Below are positions 1 through 14,400 of a stretch of 40,636 nucleotides of DNA, in pieces (position 1 is the stretch's first letter; the number at the start of each line of letters is the position of its first letter). The stretch comes from Phoronis australis (lineage: Eukaryota; Animalia; Phoronida). The notes beneath the pieces were generated by a model, which saw only the letters and a program-made list of their open reading frames with translations, was not told the DNA's origin and ran no database searches. Location: assembly GCA_002633005.1 (NCBI GenBank), contig NMRA01000627.1, forward strand, positions 79,891 to 120,526, given 5' to 3'. The position numbers and the translations under genes were made by a program.

Positions 1-190
1 GAAGTACGTGTTGTGTGTAAATTTCGTGATGATCGGACGAAAATTGCGACCTGTATCGTGCGAACAAAAAAAAAAAAAAAAAAAAACTTAGTGGAAGAGC
101 AACATACTTGGCGAAATTTATTTCGCCAAGTAAAAACTTGCTGTCAGAGCAACATACTTGACGGAATTCGAAGAATTCCGCCAAGTTATA
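1..190. mobile_element. Terminus (two stacked ends) of a non-autonomous Helentron/HINE-like element
   Basis: A-tract, then AGAGCAACATACTTG at 96-110 and again at 146-160, each running into a hairpin (106-131 perfect 11-bp stem; 156-186 14-bp stem with one mismatch). The family call is inferred from architecture. Confidence 0.45.
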
Positions 191-1268
191 ATCAAAGTTT
201 GGCTCACCGATATGTTCACTGAACGACAAACTGTCCTCTTCACTGGGTGTTGAACTGGGCCTGTATTCACTCTCACTACTCAACACCGCAGCAGGGCTGC
301 TTACAAGCTCCGGGCAATAATGAGTACATACCGGTATGCAGCAACAGTCTGACGTGTTGACCGACTCGTAAACAAAAGCAAACGACAACCGAACTTATCA
401 CAACTGAGGTAGATCAGTGACTGACTCGACAGCTCTCACGAGTCAGGCTATATGAAAAGAAATTGGCGCGAAATTCTTTCCTCTCACAACGTTATTTCTG
501 GAGTAGAGAATGAATAATTAATTAAATTACGAAAAGCTTTAATTAAGTGAAAAATATGTCTGGGATAATCAACGAATCTTATTTTTGCTAAAAATGACAT
601 GAAAAATGTTGCCTTCGCCTTTAATGTCAGGAACATACTGTTGCAGCATTAAACAACCAATTTAGATGGTAAGTCACATTCCATTCACAAGCTATTCAAA
701 TATGCTATTTACAAACTTTAAAATTGAAAATTTAAAAATATTACTGTTGCCCCTAATGTGTTTTAACATGATCTCATTATCTGGAGGAAGATACCATCAG
801 TAGCTCAAGGTCATTTCATTAACCACAACAGCACGAGTCTTTGATCTGTTCTAGCAAATTCTGTAGTGCCGCAAACCGTTAGAGTTTCGCCCCCTCGGTA
901 GAGTTGCCCACCCTCGAGTAGCCCAATCTGTTGGATTCTTTTCATGGAAGCTTTTACTGATTGGATTAGTGCTCTGTTTCTCAAAAAGAAATCTTGAGAT
1001 CAGGTTAGATTAAATTATGCAACAAAATATGTCCACACTAACTAGCCAAAGCTGCAGAAGCAGCTTCCTATGAGGTAACATCTTGTAGTTTAAACAGCAC
1101 TTATGACCTATTCATGGACTAGGACCTGTAATGAGCAGAGCTGACATGCTCCTGTATGTGAAACAGATTTTTTTTAAAAAAAATTTGTTTCAGATATTTG
1201 ATGCTTGGGTCGTATACTCGCATACGTTGTAGTCTACAACAGTTAGTGCGTTGTGGTATATCAAGGCG

Positions 1269-2231
1269 TGTTGCGGTTGACAGATGGCGCGCACGTGGTA
1301 GTAAATAAAACAACACACGAATACCTCAACCAATAAAATACGTCTATTAATTTGCAGCGTTGTGAATTACAAACAATAGATTGCAATAATTTGTGAGACT
1401 GATGACTAACTGATTGAGACAAGATATCTCTACTGATGAGACTACTAATCTACAGTGCCACTAGTCACCCCTAGCTACAGCACACGTTAACACAATACAA
1501 GTCACAATAGAACTATATCCGTCTAGAACAATCTCCAAACTGGTTCAAATGGACTAACAGGCTGAGACCAACGCCCGTGTTAAAGTGTCTATACCTCAAA
1601 CTGTACGAACTTTCTTCTGTTCATAGTCTAATATCATCTTCTGATGATTCGACTGTCTTTGCGCAGTTCCAAACCGTGTTCTCGTCATTTGTAGATCAGG
1701 TCTTGTTTAGTCTAGTCTGCCGTGGTCTCTAGAGCCAGTGCCTTAAAAGATACTCTTGGAGGCGTCACGTGATGGCCCCACCTCGAAACGTGCCTCTCCC
1801 TAGAACGAGCTAAGCAACTAACCCCTAGAAATTTCTTGCATAACTAGTAATCTTCCTCGATTGACTACCCCCTGGGAAATTCCTGCACAACTGCCAACAA
1901 CAGAGGTACGCCTGCTGGTACTTTAAGGTGTCTGTCAAAGACAAAGACATGTCTGCATGCACTCTCCTTGGATTAACTGTCCCCTGGGAAATGCTTGTAT
2001 CATTGTCACTCTTCATTGATTAACTACCCTCTGGGACTTTTAACTACCACAGTGGCATGCCTATCCCCTGGGGATAGACCAAGAGTGATAGGTTTGCATG
2101 CTCTGGAATTTTTCACTACCACCGAGGTATGCCTATCCCTTGGGGATAGACCAAGAGTGACAGGTTTGCATGCACTGTTAACTTGTGAAACCCTCGATGA
2201 GATGGGTAGTGCATAGCCTCATTACGTTACA
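1269..2231 (-). mobile_element. Possible solo LTR
   Basis: TGT...ACA termini (TGTTGCG / CGTTACA), non-coding, internal tandem repeats at the end that would be U3 on the minus strand; no target-site duplication found. Confidence 0.35.
2043..2177. repeat. 72-bp tandem duplication, each unit carrying a CTATCCCC-T-GGGGATAG palindrome (one mismatch in the second)
   Basis: Units start at 2043 and 2115; related TTRACTACCC(C/T)CTGGGA motifs near 1861, 1972 and 2020. Confidence 0.8.
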
Positions 2232-2317
2232 GCATCCAAGAAAATCTTCTATAACGTGTTGAGTGTTAGTCGTGTGCGAGTAGCAAGAGATAATTTTGTA
2301 TAATTTCCCTGTTTCAG

Positions 2318-2424
2318 CTCAAGGTACAGACTCTGGAATCGGTTTCTGTGGTTACGTGCTAGGTTTTTTCTCCATCGTCCTAGTTTTCCTCACCTTTCCT
2401 TTCGCTCTCTGTTACTGTATGAAG
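2318..2424 (+). CDS. STOM: Stomatin-like exon: hydrophobic hairpin
   Basis: ttccctgtttcag|CT CAA GGT...ATG AAG|gtgagt; encodes (A)[35 protein letters not shown], with the conserved Cys and the hairpin Pro. Confidence 0.92.
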
Positions 2425-5400
2425 GTGAGTGAAGTAGGCATGGCTACTGCGACGGAGTTACTCAATAATTACGTGTAAAAAGGAATAACCAGTTTCAAAG
2501 GCATACTAAATGCACAGGTTGGCCAGATCCAACCTCACTTGATAAGAAAGGTCCTTTGAAAGCGTCGACTTGCCTCTCTCCGTGATTAATTTCCACTGAT
2601 ATCTGAAAACTAAATAAAAACATGTTCTGGGAGTTTGTGCCCCGGGATATATGGGTGCAGCTGATTTGGGAGTTTTCACCGAATTTGGTATTGAAATGGG
2701 TACGGTTTTCATCGGTATTGAAAAGGATAGGGTTTTATTGATGTTGTCATTGAAATGGGAAGGCTTCTCCTTACGGTAATTTTAGTATTGAAAAGGACAG
2801 GGTTGTCATTGATTGTGGTATTGAAATGGATAAGGTTTTCATTTATTGGGTAGTGGTTCTCAATGATTTTGATATAAAAACGGGTCTATTTCTCAGGTAG
2901 TCATTTGAATCTTATTTCTGTCATGTCTGATGGTGTTGGTTGGCTTTTGATTGCTTTGGATAGGGAGTTGTTTTCTCAGCGTTTTTTTCAATTGGGTATC
3001 ATATTTGCTCGTTTGTCAGTTTTATGGGGCATTTTTTGTAAGGTACGTGGTTACTTATTGTGTCAGGTAAGGGTCACTTTTTGAGTCGGCTATTATAGAA
3101 ATGGATGTATATTCCAAGAATTTTGGTATTGAAATGGCTAATTATTTCACGGTATGGTTCTACTTTTTGTCCGCATGAAGACATACCTGTGTACCTAATT
3201 TTTTCTCTACCCCTGGACTCTCAGTGTTTGATCATCCTGTAATTGCCCTCACAAACAATTTTGTCCTATCTAATGAGATAGGTAGGGTGAGTGGAGGTGA
3301 TGTATTATTAACATTCATTGCATTAGGTTGAGTGGTATGTCAAAAGTGCCCTTAACATTCATTTACTTAACACTTAGTTACTATCTGTTACCATGCAAAC
3401 CAGTAATATTAATCATTGATTGAATGTCTCTGGTGTGGCACTGGTCTGACACTGGTCTCTTGGTAACTAAGTCTAATCAAAGAAGTCTGTTCAAAGATGG
3501 ATACAAAAAGATTATCTAAAATATGATTATTATTCTAAAGTCCCGCCCACACACAGCCTACCCTAGAACAACTTGCATTAGTGCAACTTACCTCACTTAT
3601 AAGTGGAGCGTCCACACACATTATAACTGGGGTAAGGCCGAAGTTGTTGCTCTGTGCGTGGTCAACAATGAACGCCTAATACGAGTATGGCACGCAAAGG
3701 AAAACCTGAGTGTCCATATTATCGGCAGCTGATAATTACTTAAGCCCTACCCCACTTTTGCGGCCACACAGTGATTACAAGTGGAACAAGTTACCCTGGA
3801 ACAAGCTACCCCACCTCGATAATGTGGAGTAAGTTGTCACAAATGAGGTGTTACTTACACTAGTTTAAATGGCATTCAGGCGGCACTCAAACTTAGCGAC
3901 ACTTCGTTCCTGGAGTAACTTGTTCTAGGGTAAGTCTATGTGTGGACTGCACTTTATTTGGACAATTGCAGCAGTAAGGATCATCAGTTTTACAGTTGGG
4001 AACCTTGCTGTCAAAACACTCAGTGCAGTCGTGCGAAATTTAAATTAGAAACCTCTAGTCCTTCACCGTTTATGAGCATCCTTTCACCTGTAGTCCAAAG
4101 TTGGAGTAAGAAAATGAAATTTATACCTGTCATTGTGGAAATTGTGATAACAAATTGTGAAACTTTCGTTACTTAGAATTGAGCAGACCATCGTAAATCC
4201 AGGACATTTCATTCCTAATCATGATACGTAAATTAATTTAATTATCCAAAGTGTCCTCGTGAGACATCTCAATAAGTATGGTGGAACATCACACATTTTT
4301 TATGACATAGAATGGCAAACGAGAGATTCAGACAATGTTATTTTCTATTTTTTTTCTTAAAAATTCCTACCAGATCAATGCTGCAGTAATACTTCTGTAC
4401 AAAGTTGATTATTATTTTCCATTTTTTCAAAGGCTGATTTCTGTGCTACAAATAGCGGAAACTTGGCCAAATGTTGTTTTATGACATCAACACAGTACAA
4501 ATGATGCCAGCAATAGACTAAATTTCTTATTTTTTATTTTGTGAAGAAATTAGTCAAAAAAGTTTCACTTGTCGGCCGGATTGTGCACCAAATAAGTGAA
4601 GAGCTAGCGTACTATTTTCAGGTTTTATAGCACATCCACTGTTGGATAGTGTCTTGAAAGAACATTCACATCAATATTAGAAGGCCTTGATAAGATGGAT
4701 AATGGGTAATTTTAGCTTTTCCTTTTGAAAATGCTGTGGAGCTTTTAACCTTTGTAGTGAGCTGGTAAGTTAGACCTATAGTTAGATATTTGTATTGGCC
4801 TGTAGTTCTTGCTTGATCCTGTGCTTGAGCACACAATCTTTGAATGTTGCAAAAGTCGTCTGCACCCATGCTTCGAAAATAAAGTTCCAGAGTTTGTTTG
4901 ATGTGAAAGAGTGCCTAGCCAAAAGCTTGATGTCTGGAGATGTATATTGAGAGGGCTGGTGTCATTAGATGCCCTAGCCAGGTGTTCCGCTTTTTCGTTC
5001 ATTTGGATGCCGGCATGACAAGGCACATAGGTATATACCACAGCCTTAGATGGATGCTTGGCACGGAAAATGGGCCAGTAAGATAGCAGCTTGCCAGGGC
5101 ATATCTTAGACAGGACAGTCATAGAGTCTGCTGCGAGGTTGACAATGCCCAGCTCAGAGAGCCTGACGAGAACTTGTTGCAAGGACTCAAAAGCCATGGG
5201 AGTGCTGCTGGTGTATGTGCTGTGGCATCCAGATCCTTCCACAACGGTGCTGTTTATTGCCTGAGCAGATGTAGTAGCCCCAGCCAGCGCGATTGTTGTC
5301 TGCCGAGAAAGAGCATCTTCACCTACTACATCACAGAATAGTTGGCGACAATGTGCCTGAGCAGCCTCCTCTGGCCATTCTCTTGCCTATCTGTCATAAT

Positions 5401-8400
5401 ACACAAACTGGAGAACCTCCACTGCAGTTGCTAGTCTTACATTATGAATTGCAAAATAACGGATTTTGATTCAACTTTTAAGTTTTCCATACGTTATTGG
5501 CCATTCGTTTACTTTTCTTGCATGGAAACTATTTTAATTTGACATTTCCAGACCCTTCATTGTGACTGGTACAGGCAACTAAATTATCCTGGAGTATAGG
5601 ATCATTACAGCATTGTGTGTGGCGTTCCTTGATTCAATAAATAACGTTTCGGGCAAGATTCAGTGGCAAGAATTGCTGACATAATAGTTTTCAAATTTAA
5701 GTATACAATGTCGAAATTCCATGAAGTTCCGTCTCACTAAACCACAACTCAATATCCATTTCTTTATGACCAGAACTCATTTTCAGTTCTGGCAAATCTT
5801 GACAGGTTTTGCTCCATTTTCATAAGATCAATTAGATGCTTATACTCTCCCTAAAATGCTATAATTATATTGCGACAAAATTTTGATGAAACAGCCAAAA
5901 AATTCTGGAAAGAGGTTTTCCAAATTTAATGGCATTTGAATTACAGAGTTCTGCCAAAGTGTTGTTTATTTTGAAAACTAGATATGCCGTCTACTTTTCT
6001 GAAGATAAAGCTCACAGCAAATGAAAATTGTATCATTGGAAAACCATATGAGTGGAACCATGTCAATGTCTGCCTCAAGTTGTCTCCATTTCTCAATGTC
6101 CTTGCTTGTAGTGTGATTTTTTATTGACAGGTGGTGCAGGAGTATGAGCGTGCTGTCATCTTCACGCTGGGACGGTTATCTGCCGGTGGTGCCAAGGGGC
6201 CAGGTGAGAGACTTAGCTGGCTGTCTGAAACTTGTTTTTATGTTTTTTAAACTCACATGTATGTACTCAGCATCCTCTGTATTACTTAGAATTGTACAGC
6301 TGAAACAAAGCGTGGAGGGAAATTAATGAATGTCACTTCTTTTGACTGTCCTTCATGCGACCTCCATGCGTCATTAGTCCATCATTTGTTAGTACCATGG
6401 TAGGTCATTACACTTTCATAAGGACTTGAATAGATCATTACACAATGTTCATTTATGAATTATTGATGTGCCTTTCATTCAAATCAAAATGGCTGCAAAT
6501 ACACCTTCGTTCTTAAAATCCATTTTTGATTTAGATCACTTACCAGTGTGACATTGGTCTCATATTGTTCCTTAGTCAAATTGGAGATGATGTCGGGGGC
6601 TTCGTAAGAACTATTAGATTGTTGCCTCTTCATACCAACCTCATAAAATTTAATATTCTTGGTCTGAAAAAAAAAGACGAGCTGTCAGTTCTTCCTGAGC
6701 TCTAAACCAACATAGGACAGCATAAGACCAATTTTTATAACGATAAGTCTCCTTAATCTAAACTTCTTTTTTGACAGAAAACGCACGTTTAATGGCTCTT
6801 TATTCACAAACTGAACCCCCCCCTCTTTGACGAGACTTGTGTTTCCATAAATTTAGAGACGGCCCTAAGTTTAGGAGTTAATACCCACTCTCGTGAAAAA
6901 GAGGGACTTGAATAGGGATTTAGAAACAAGGTACTGGATTGTCGCTTAATGCCTCTCTGTCTCTAGCTTTAAGGACTAGGCTTTAAGTAGCTTGTATTCT
7001 GATCCAGAGGCAAAATTCACTAAGCAAAGACCAGCTGTTATTTTCCACCAGCTTTAGTTGAATCAAATCATAAAGTATGTTGGAAATACAGCGTATTGAT
7101 CACTTTATGAAATGCTTTGAGAAATATTGCATGAAAGACACAGGAGATAAAGGGTAGTTACAATTTATTTTGACTTGAAATTTCATTTGTGTTGAATTGT
7201 CTCTTTTGTTTGAATGTCCTGTTGTCCAAAGTGATGTGCTCAAGAATTTGTCAAGCAGACTGCCAACGTGGGAAATAGTCACTTGCAGGGGTCTCGGATA
7301 TTGAGAACCAGTTTGATGCCTGTTATTCGGTGGAGAAACTGGTTCTCAAAATGCGGAACACCTTAAGTGACTATAACCCAAGAGTGCTTTTAGGGAACAT
7401 AGCGGTCATTGATAAAATTGTCATTTGTCATTTTTCAAGTTCATTTTTCAAATACATTACTGCCATTCTTAATTTTATTAAAACTGTTAAATTGTTTTGA
7501 GTTATAATACATTGTCTGCCATGTTGTGCCTCATAGTAAAGAATTGTAGTGCCATGTTTGGTCGCCATATGCACTCACACCACTTGTAATACATTATAGG
7601 TATCTTCTTTGTCCTACCGTGCATACAATCTTACACAAAAGTCGACCTGAGGACCGTGACATTTGATGTGCCCCCTCAAGAGGTAAGTTGTCATTGCTGG
7701 ATTATGTAGTGTTCTCATATTGTAAGCTGTGTTGCGTATGTGAATATGAAATACCATTACTGTACCCTAAGTGTATGCGGGCGTGCCTTCATGTTGGCAT
7801 GAGTTGCGTATAACTAAAAGTTAGAACTTCGTATTTTTTGTGATATGTTTGCATGGGAGGTAATCATGTTGGTTCCTTTCTTTCTAGGAATAATCCATTG
7901 ACTTTTGAACATCTGCTGTTTTTGACTACAGAGCCTCTTGCTATCTTAAACCATCCATTTTGAAAGGCCAAAAAACTCAATGACGATTGTAATTCTGGTA
8001 GCGAATGTAACTAGGGCTTGTAATTTTCCTCTTTTTTGGTTTCCCTTTCCTCTTATTGGATTTCCAGATTCCTCTTTGTTATCATTACTTAGACTTTATT
8101 CATGCAAAAACATTCATTTCAGTTAAATTTTACAGCACAGAATATTTCCATTACACCCGCCTATTTATTTGTGGAACGATACATCACCTGGAAAACTTCC
8201 TCTTTTTTGTCATTGGTCATTCCAAGCCCTGTGTAACCTTAGTATACAGTCAAATATTTTTTAATTGACACTCTTTGGTGAACATGGCATGACATAATTT
8301 TAGGAACGTGCTGCATAAAGTTTGGAACCTAAAAATTGTCAATGACTCACTGTGATTGGTTTGAGCTGAGTTTGGCGAGTAAAACTTAAAATTCCAATTC

Positions 8401-11400
8401 AACTGCATTTATGGATGTTATGCATCGAAAATAGTCACGATCTTAGTCATTTGCTGATCAGTATGACATTTATGGTCTGTTGCCTTTATTTATCAAACTA
8501 TGAATCATTGGTTTCACTGAAATCTTAAAAGTCTTCGATTAGTGGTCGTTTTTGCCGAGTTTGCCTTGAAAGAGGCCGTCTTTTTCCTCTCTTGGCTGTG
8601 CAGTCCAAACCATTGTTTTCAGAACTGGTTGCCCCAATGACGGCCACTAGATGAGTCACTGGGTCAGATTCTATACCAAGGTCAGCCCAAAACAGATCTC
8701 TATAACCAAAACTTTCGTATCAACCCAGTTTTGTCACCAGCGCGGCACTTAAGTTGTTGGACTGACGCGTGAATCTGTTCTCAGAATTGTTGGCGCCTAT
8801 TGTTATTTGTTGGAATATGGTTTCAGCTGTCATTTCAGCTGTCGGTAAATGATACCGAGATATTGCTACACCAGTGGCCCATAGTATTGATTTACAACTT
8901 GTTAAAGAACCTTTAAATTAGTTTGAGGTTAATGATGTAATAACTGATTGATCAGTCTGTAACCTATTGATTTTTACTCAGTAAAATTAATGGATATTTT
9001 CACGCAAGTAAAACAACAAAAATGGATTCTTCCTAAAGAAGGTAATCCTGGATGCCCGATTATAGCCAGCAACAACTGCCCTACTGACAAATTTCTCAGT
9101 TTGCTGAGTACCATGTTCAACAATTTGTCCTCACCCTTTCTTCATATGTTAAATATACAGATCATTTTCTTAATATAATTAAAAATATAACTGATCTACC
9201 CAAAATGTCCTCCTAATTCCTCTTTATGTTAAAAGCAGTAATCCATTTTTTGTTTTATTTAGTACGTATTTTTATTCTACTTTTCGACAAACAAGTGTAT
9301 CCTTTAGAGGATCTGGATGGCCTCTTTTAGTATCGAATTTATTTTCTACATTGGATATTTTCATAATGTAGAATGGCTGTGGAGTTGGGTTCAGTTAGAC
9401 TCTATACCAATTGCGTCATGTGACCATGTCTTAGTAAAATGTAGTACAAAAAGTTACATTTTAATAGCTGAACAACACTAAGAATAAAGGACCAAATTTT
9501 ATTTGATACAAGACTTCAAGATATCTAAGTTCTCAATAGTGTCATTTCATTTCTGTTTTATGCAGAAGTTAAGATTTTTTTTCACGAAAATTACAAATGT
9601 CTTATTTTTTTATTGCCCCTCATGGAATATTCATTTTAAAAACAAAATTTTCTAGCAATCTATTTGAAAACAGTGCATAAAACATTATATCGCAAAGTTT
9701 TGTCTGCATCTACAATGTTCCGAATTTAGCTCAAATAATTTGGAATTTTTCTAAGGTCCTATGCAACTTTATTTTGTGTTAGTAATTGATGCTTATTTTG
9801 TTGATAAAGGTCCACTTATTTTCATGCTCCTCCCTGAATGCATTAGTGTTTGGCTGGAATCCAACATAACCAGCTATGAAAATTGCTTTCACCAGTCAGG
9901 AAATGCAATTTCTTTTCATTACCACGATCAATATTGTAGATTCATTGTGACCCTTGTTTCTAGGGTAAATATTTGATTGTCGCAAACTTTCAGTCATCAG
10001 TGGCTTTTAAATGAGAGTGTTCATGGTTATTGCAAATTCACAGTGCCTAGACTCCATTGTAATAGAGGGCACTATCGTTTACAACATGTAATAGTGCATT
10101 TCCAATTGCTGTATTTGAAAACATAGCCTGGTTGTTGCATTAAACAGATTGAGCAACTGTTTGTCTGCTTCAGATGTTGGCTAACAGTCTAAATAGGTCA
10201 TGAGCAATGTTTGTAGGTTTGCCTTTAGGAAGCTGTTGCGAAATGTTTGTTTAGTGTTGAGAAAGCGATTTCGTTGTCAACATCGTTGTCAAAGCACTAG
10301 TGTTGAGTAATTTTTTCTACTGTGGCTGAACACAACAGGGGGAGGCAGTGTGGCCTGGTGTGATAGGTACCCACTTTCTTTACTGGAGGTCATGGGTTCG
10401 AGTCCCACTGGGTCACACTGCTAAACCCTTGAGTCAGGTTTCTATCTCCTCAGCTCGGTTTTAACCATATATTAACAAAGCATAAAAATGGTTCCAGGTG
10501 ATCAGTGCAATGGGCCCATATACGCGGCTTGTGCAAGTCTGGTATAACATGTATCAGACCACCTGCAGTTAATTTTTTAGACACAGCATTGTTAAAAATC
10601 ATTATTTAATTTCTGTTTGACTCAGTCTTGCTACATTTATGTTAACCTAGAAAATGATGAAACAGAATTTGTAGTTATCATGTCGATTTTATCTTGAGAA
10701 TATAATGTATCATTTCAGACAATAAATAAAAAAAACACTGAGTTCCTTTGTACACTGATGTGTCTATTAGGTGTGCGTTTGAGGAGTTGATGTTAACTGC
10801 CAGGGGGGGGGGCTTTTATGGAATAGTGGAATTGATGGTGATGGGGTGGTGGGATTAGTATGGTGGAGTGGATTAAGTAGTGCTGGGAGGAGGGCTATTA
10901 TGGGGGTGTGGCATTGCTGGTGGTGGGGGAGGATTTTCTTCTTAACTGAAAAGTACCCTTCTCAGAAGGCACAAGCACCTTTCTTTCCTATGGGTGAGGG
11001 CCCTGTCAGGTGAACGAGGGTGCTGCATGCTGCTGCTTATTACAATAGACATTCAGCACAAAGTAAAATAGAAGTTACCCCACTCGAATTACCATTGTTT
11101 AAATCTCTCCCCATCATATCGCATCAAGTCTAGACATGTATATACTGTGTTTTATAACTTGCAGGCTATCTGCCTATACTATACAACAGATTACAGTAAC
11201 TCAAATTTCATCTAGACTTGCAGTTCTGAACCTTCAAATTGCTTTCATCTTGAATTCTGTAGAGCAGCAAATTTAAAAACGACGTGCATGAAATGCCTTT
11301 GGTGTACTGCACTCATTTTTTGTAGTCGTCTCCTTCTTGGTTGGATTTGATTTTATTGTTCTGGTTAAAAGACAAATTGACATTTATTCCAACTATAGAA

Positions 11401-14400
11401 AACATTCCTGTGTACACTGCTGCGGTTGTTTTTCATAGTAGACAGTGTCGAAGGGTCCATTTTAACTTTCATGCACTTTTATAAATTTGTGTGACTGTGA
11501 AAGTTATTGTGCGTGCCCCAATCTCTCGTAGGTATGGTCTTAGCAAAGAGGGTCCTAATTTCCATTTTAATTTGTATACAGTTCATTAACGTTACTTGTG
11601 AAGCCAGTCATTATGTCTGAATACAAAAAATATCAATTCGACATACACTGCAGTGTTTCACTTATATAAAAATGCACCATTGCATTCCCAATAACGCCGC
11701 TACTATAACTCTATAACTATTTTACCTTCAGCCGGGCATATGACCTTTGACAAAATTGGGAACCCGTAACTTTAATTGTAAGGATTTGCTGCTAAATTTT
11801 GGATCATGTAGCTTTAATTCTGATAACCTTTACCTTTGTTGACTTCAGATTCTGACCAAAGACAGCGTGACTGTGTCTGTGGATGCCGTCGTCTACTACC
11901 GCGTGTTCGCTCCCACAATCTCTGTGGCCAACGTGGAGAACGCGCACCATTCAACTCAACTCCTGGCTCAGACTACCCTGCGTAATATCTTGGGCATGAA
12001 GACACTGGCTGAGATCCTTTCTGATAGAGAGTCTATCAGTAACTACATGGCGGTGAGTGATTGCGCTGCAGTGGCACTGTAGCAAATTGGTTTGTATCCG
12101 TTTGACTCGACTATGTTAAATCTTCTGTGTATGTATATCCTTGTTTACTCACAAATGTTATATTTTTCAATTATCTTTATTGTGAGCTCCTTTTTGACTA
12201 ACGACTCTCTAATGATATATCTGAAACCCAAATCCTTATTTCAGTGAACATAAATATTGACCTTAAACTAGGGGCATTGCATGAAAAGTTCCCTATTTAT
12301 TTTCAGCAATTTTAACAATTTAACCTTGACTTAACTCAATGTGTGTATCAAAGACAAAAATTGACTTACTAATGAGAATAAAACAGCATTAGAAAGAGTC
12401 ATCAGTGTCCACAAATGTGGTGAAAAGCTAAATGTAATGTAGCTGAGTGCCTATATGGACTGTTCCATGCAACTTGCCATGGCACCTTCACCTGTTGGAC
12501 CAGTCTAATGTGATTTGAAGCAGGGGTGAGACTGCATCAGACCTTTGACACATGCAAGTTTGGGGGATATACATGTTGGATGGAGTTAAGGGCACGTAGC
12601 ACTGTTCTCTTTGCTCAAGTTAGTTCTTTCAATAGTTGACTAGGGAGTGTCTTCTACCAGTGGTTTGATTTTTACTTTGAATTCTCATTACTGACTGGGT
12701 TGAAAACATTTCTGCTGCCTTATTTTCCCTTATTGCAAGATGGCTCCTTGGTCTTCTTGTGGTGTTAACTTTTAAGGAATGGGGTATCAAAATGGTATTT
12801 TTGAAGAGGAACAGCATTGAATTATTGGTTTCAGCCCCCTGAAACCTAAGTGTCCTGTAGGTATGAATGGAATTCTAATCTTGGGGTTCAAGACAATACA
12901 TTTCACATTCATGTGGACTTTTTCAATGGACGTTGCTCGTTTTGTTTTAGGAAAATCTCGACGACGCAACAGATCCATGGGGAATCAAAGTGGAACGCGT
13001 GGAAGTGTGAGTAATAAGTGCAATGACATTGTGTTTAATAATGCTGTTATTCCTAAGTAATAACCAGTGATTTGTGTTGGTGGTGATGATATTGGTGTTA
13101 GTATTGATGAGATTGGTGTTAGTAGTGATGAGATTAGTGTTAGTATTGATGAGATTGGTGTTAGTAGTGATGATATTGGTGTTATTAGTGATGATATTGG
13201 TGTTATTAGTGATGATATTGGTGTTATTAGTGATGATATTGGTGTTATTAGTGATGATATTGGTGTTATTAGTGATGATATTGGTGTTAGTATTGATGAG
13301 ATTGGTGTTATTAGTGGTGTTAGACCACACAACACCAATAATCTGTCTTTTTAGAAATTACTTAATGACTGATCGAATATTTGAATTATTTACCAAAGAA
13401 TTTGTATTTAAGGTAATTGTCCACTTCTCGGGGAAGTATTTTAAAGTTCAATAGTTGCATTTTGTTTGAAATTGTATCTGTATTTTTCATTGGTGCTCTT
13501 AATAGTTCATTTAAAACATTTAAAAGCCAAATATGCGTGCTGTTAGGGACAACTTCAATTTATTGCAATTGTTTGGCCAATCTTCACCAGCCATTTTCAG
13601 GCTTTTGATTTTTAATGCTTTTAGCGTTTTTGAACATTTACTTTCTGTAGTGCTTGGGTACATTGGCATGAAACTTTGCACACTTATTTTATGGTACTTG
13701 GCCGAGGGACATGTGTCTCACGTAATGTTCCTTGAGCAACGGAGGTATTAACTGAGGAAAATGAAGTCTTGTGTTGATGTTTTGGAGAGGTTCTTTATGA
13801 GTGATGTCTTTGTTGTTGCAGGGTTAACGGAAATGTGAGGCATGCTTTCTTACATAGACTAGTTTTAAAGTGAAATCACCCAAAGTTTAAGCTACCTTAA
13901 AAATTAATGTTCAAAGGAGAAATGACAATTTTCACAAAAATGGAGGTTACATGGTTATAAACAATTGTTTGAAGGTTTTTGGAATGATTTTTTTCACTCG
14001 TGGAGGATTTGCATATATGTACTTTTAAATTTGAAAGAGCTTCACGGAGGTCACAGAGGTTGACATTATGTGGGACCCTAGAAAAATTGCAAATTTGGCT
14101 AACTTCAGAACACTGTATCTCAGAAACAGCTAATATGTAGCTTTCAGATACCATGCTTTGTGTACTGTGCTCTAAATTCTGTTAGGAATTGATTTTTGTT
14201 GCCTTTTGTTTTTTGGTAATGGTTTTTCATGAACATTTTTGTGGAAAAGTCTTATGCTCGACGACTATATGATTTTGTTATTTACGGAATTTTGTGACTT
14301 GAAAATAATGCTCTGTCTCTGTCGACCTTCTATTTTTATTTCATGTGTGTGTTACAGAAAAGATGTCCGTCTGCCCATGCAACTGCAGAGAGCTATGGCC

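Noticed and set aside
1017-1080. ORF MQQNMSTLTSQSCRSSFL-TGA-G|gt as a recoded (selenocysteine or read-through) stomatin first exon
   Set aside because: The phase fits only if TGA is recoded. I identified no SECIS, know of no precedent in stomatins, and the donor is modest.
10341-10415. Possible tRNA genes here and at 36467-36540
   Set aside because: No proper acceptor stem or cloverleaf, and both continue into a shared 160-bp body, so they are SINE heads.
12947-13454. Four overlapping low-complexity ORFs (NTNIIT, TPISSLI, DDIGVIS, LVMILV repeats)
   Set aside because: All are translations of the 21-bp intronic minisatellite; no splice or start context supports coding.
14239-14357. N-terminal extension of ORF 14239-14640
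   Set aside because: Intronic; homology starts at the acceptor at 14357/14358.
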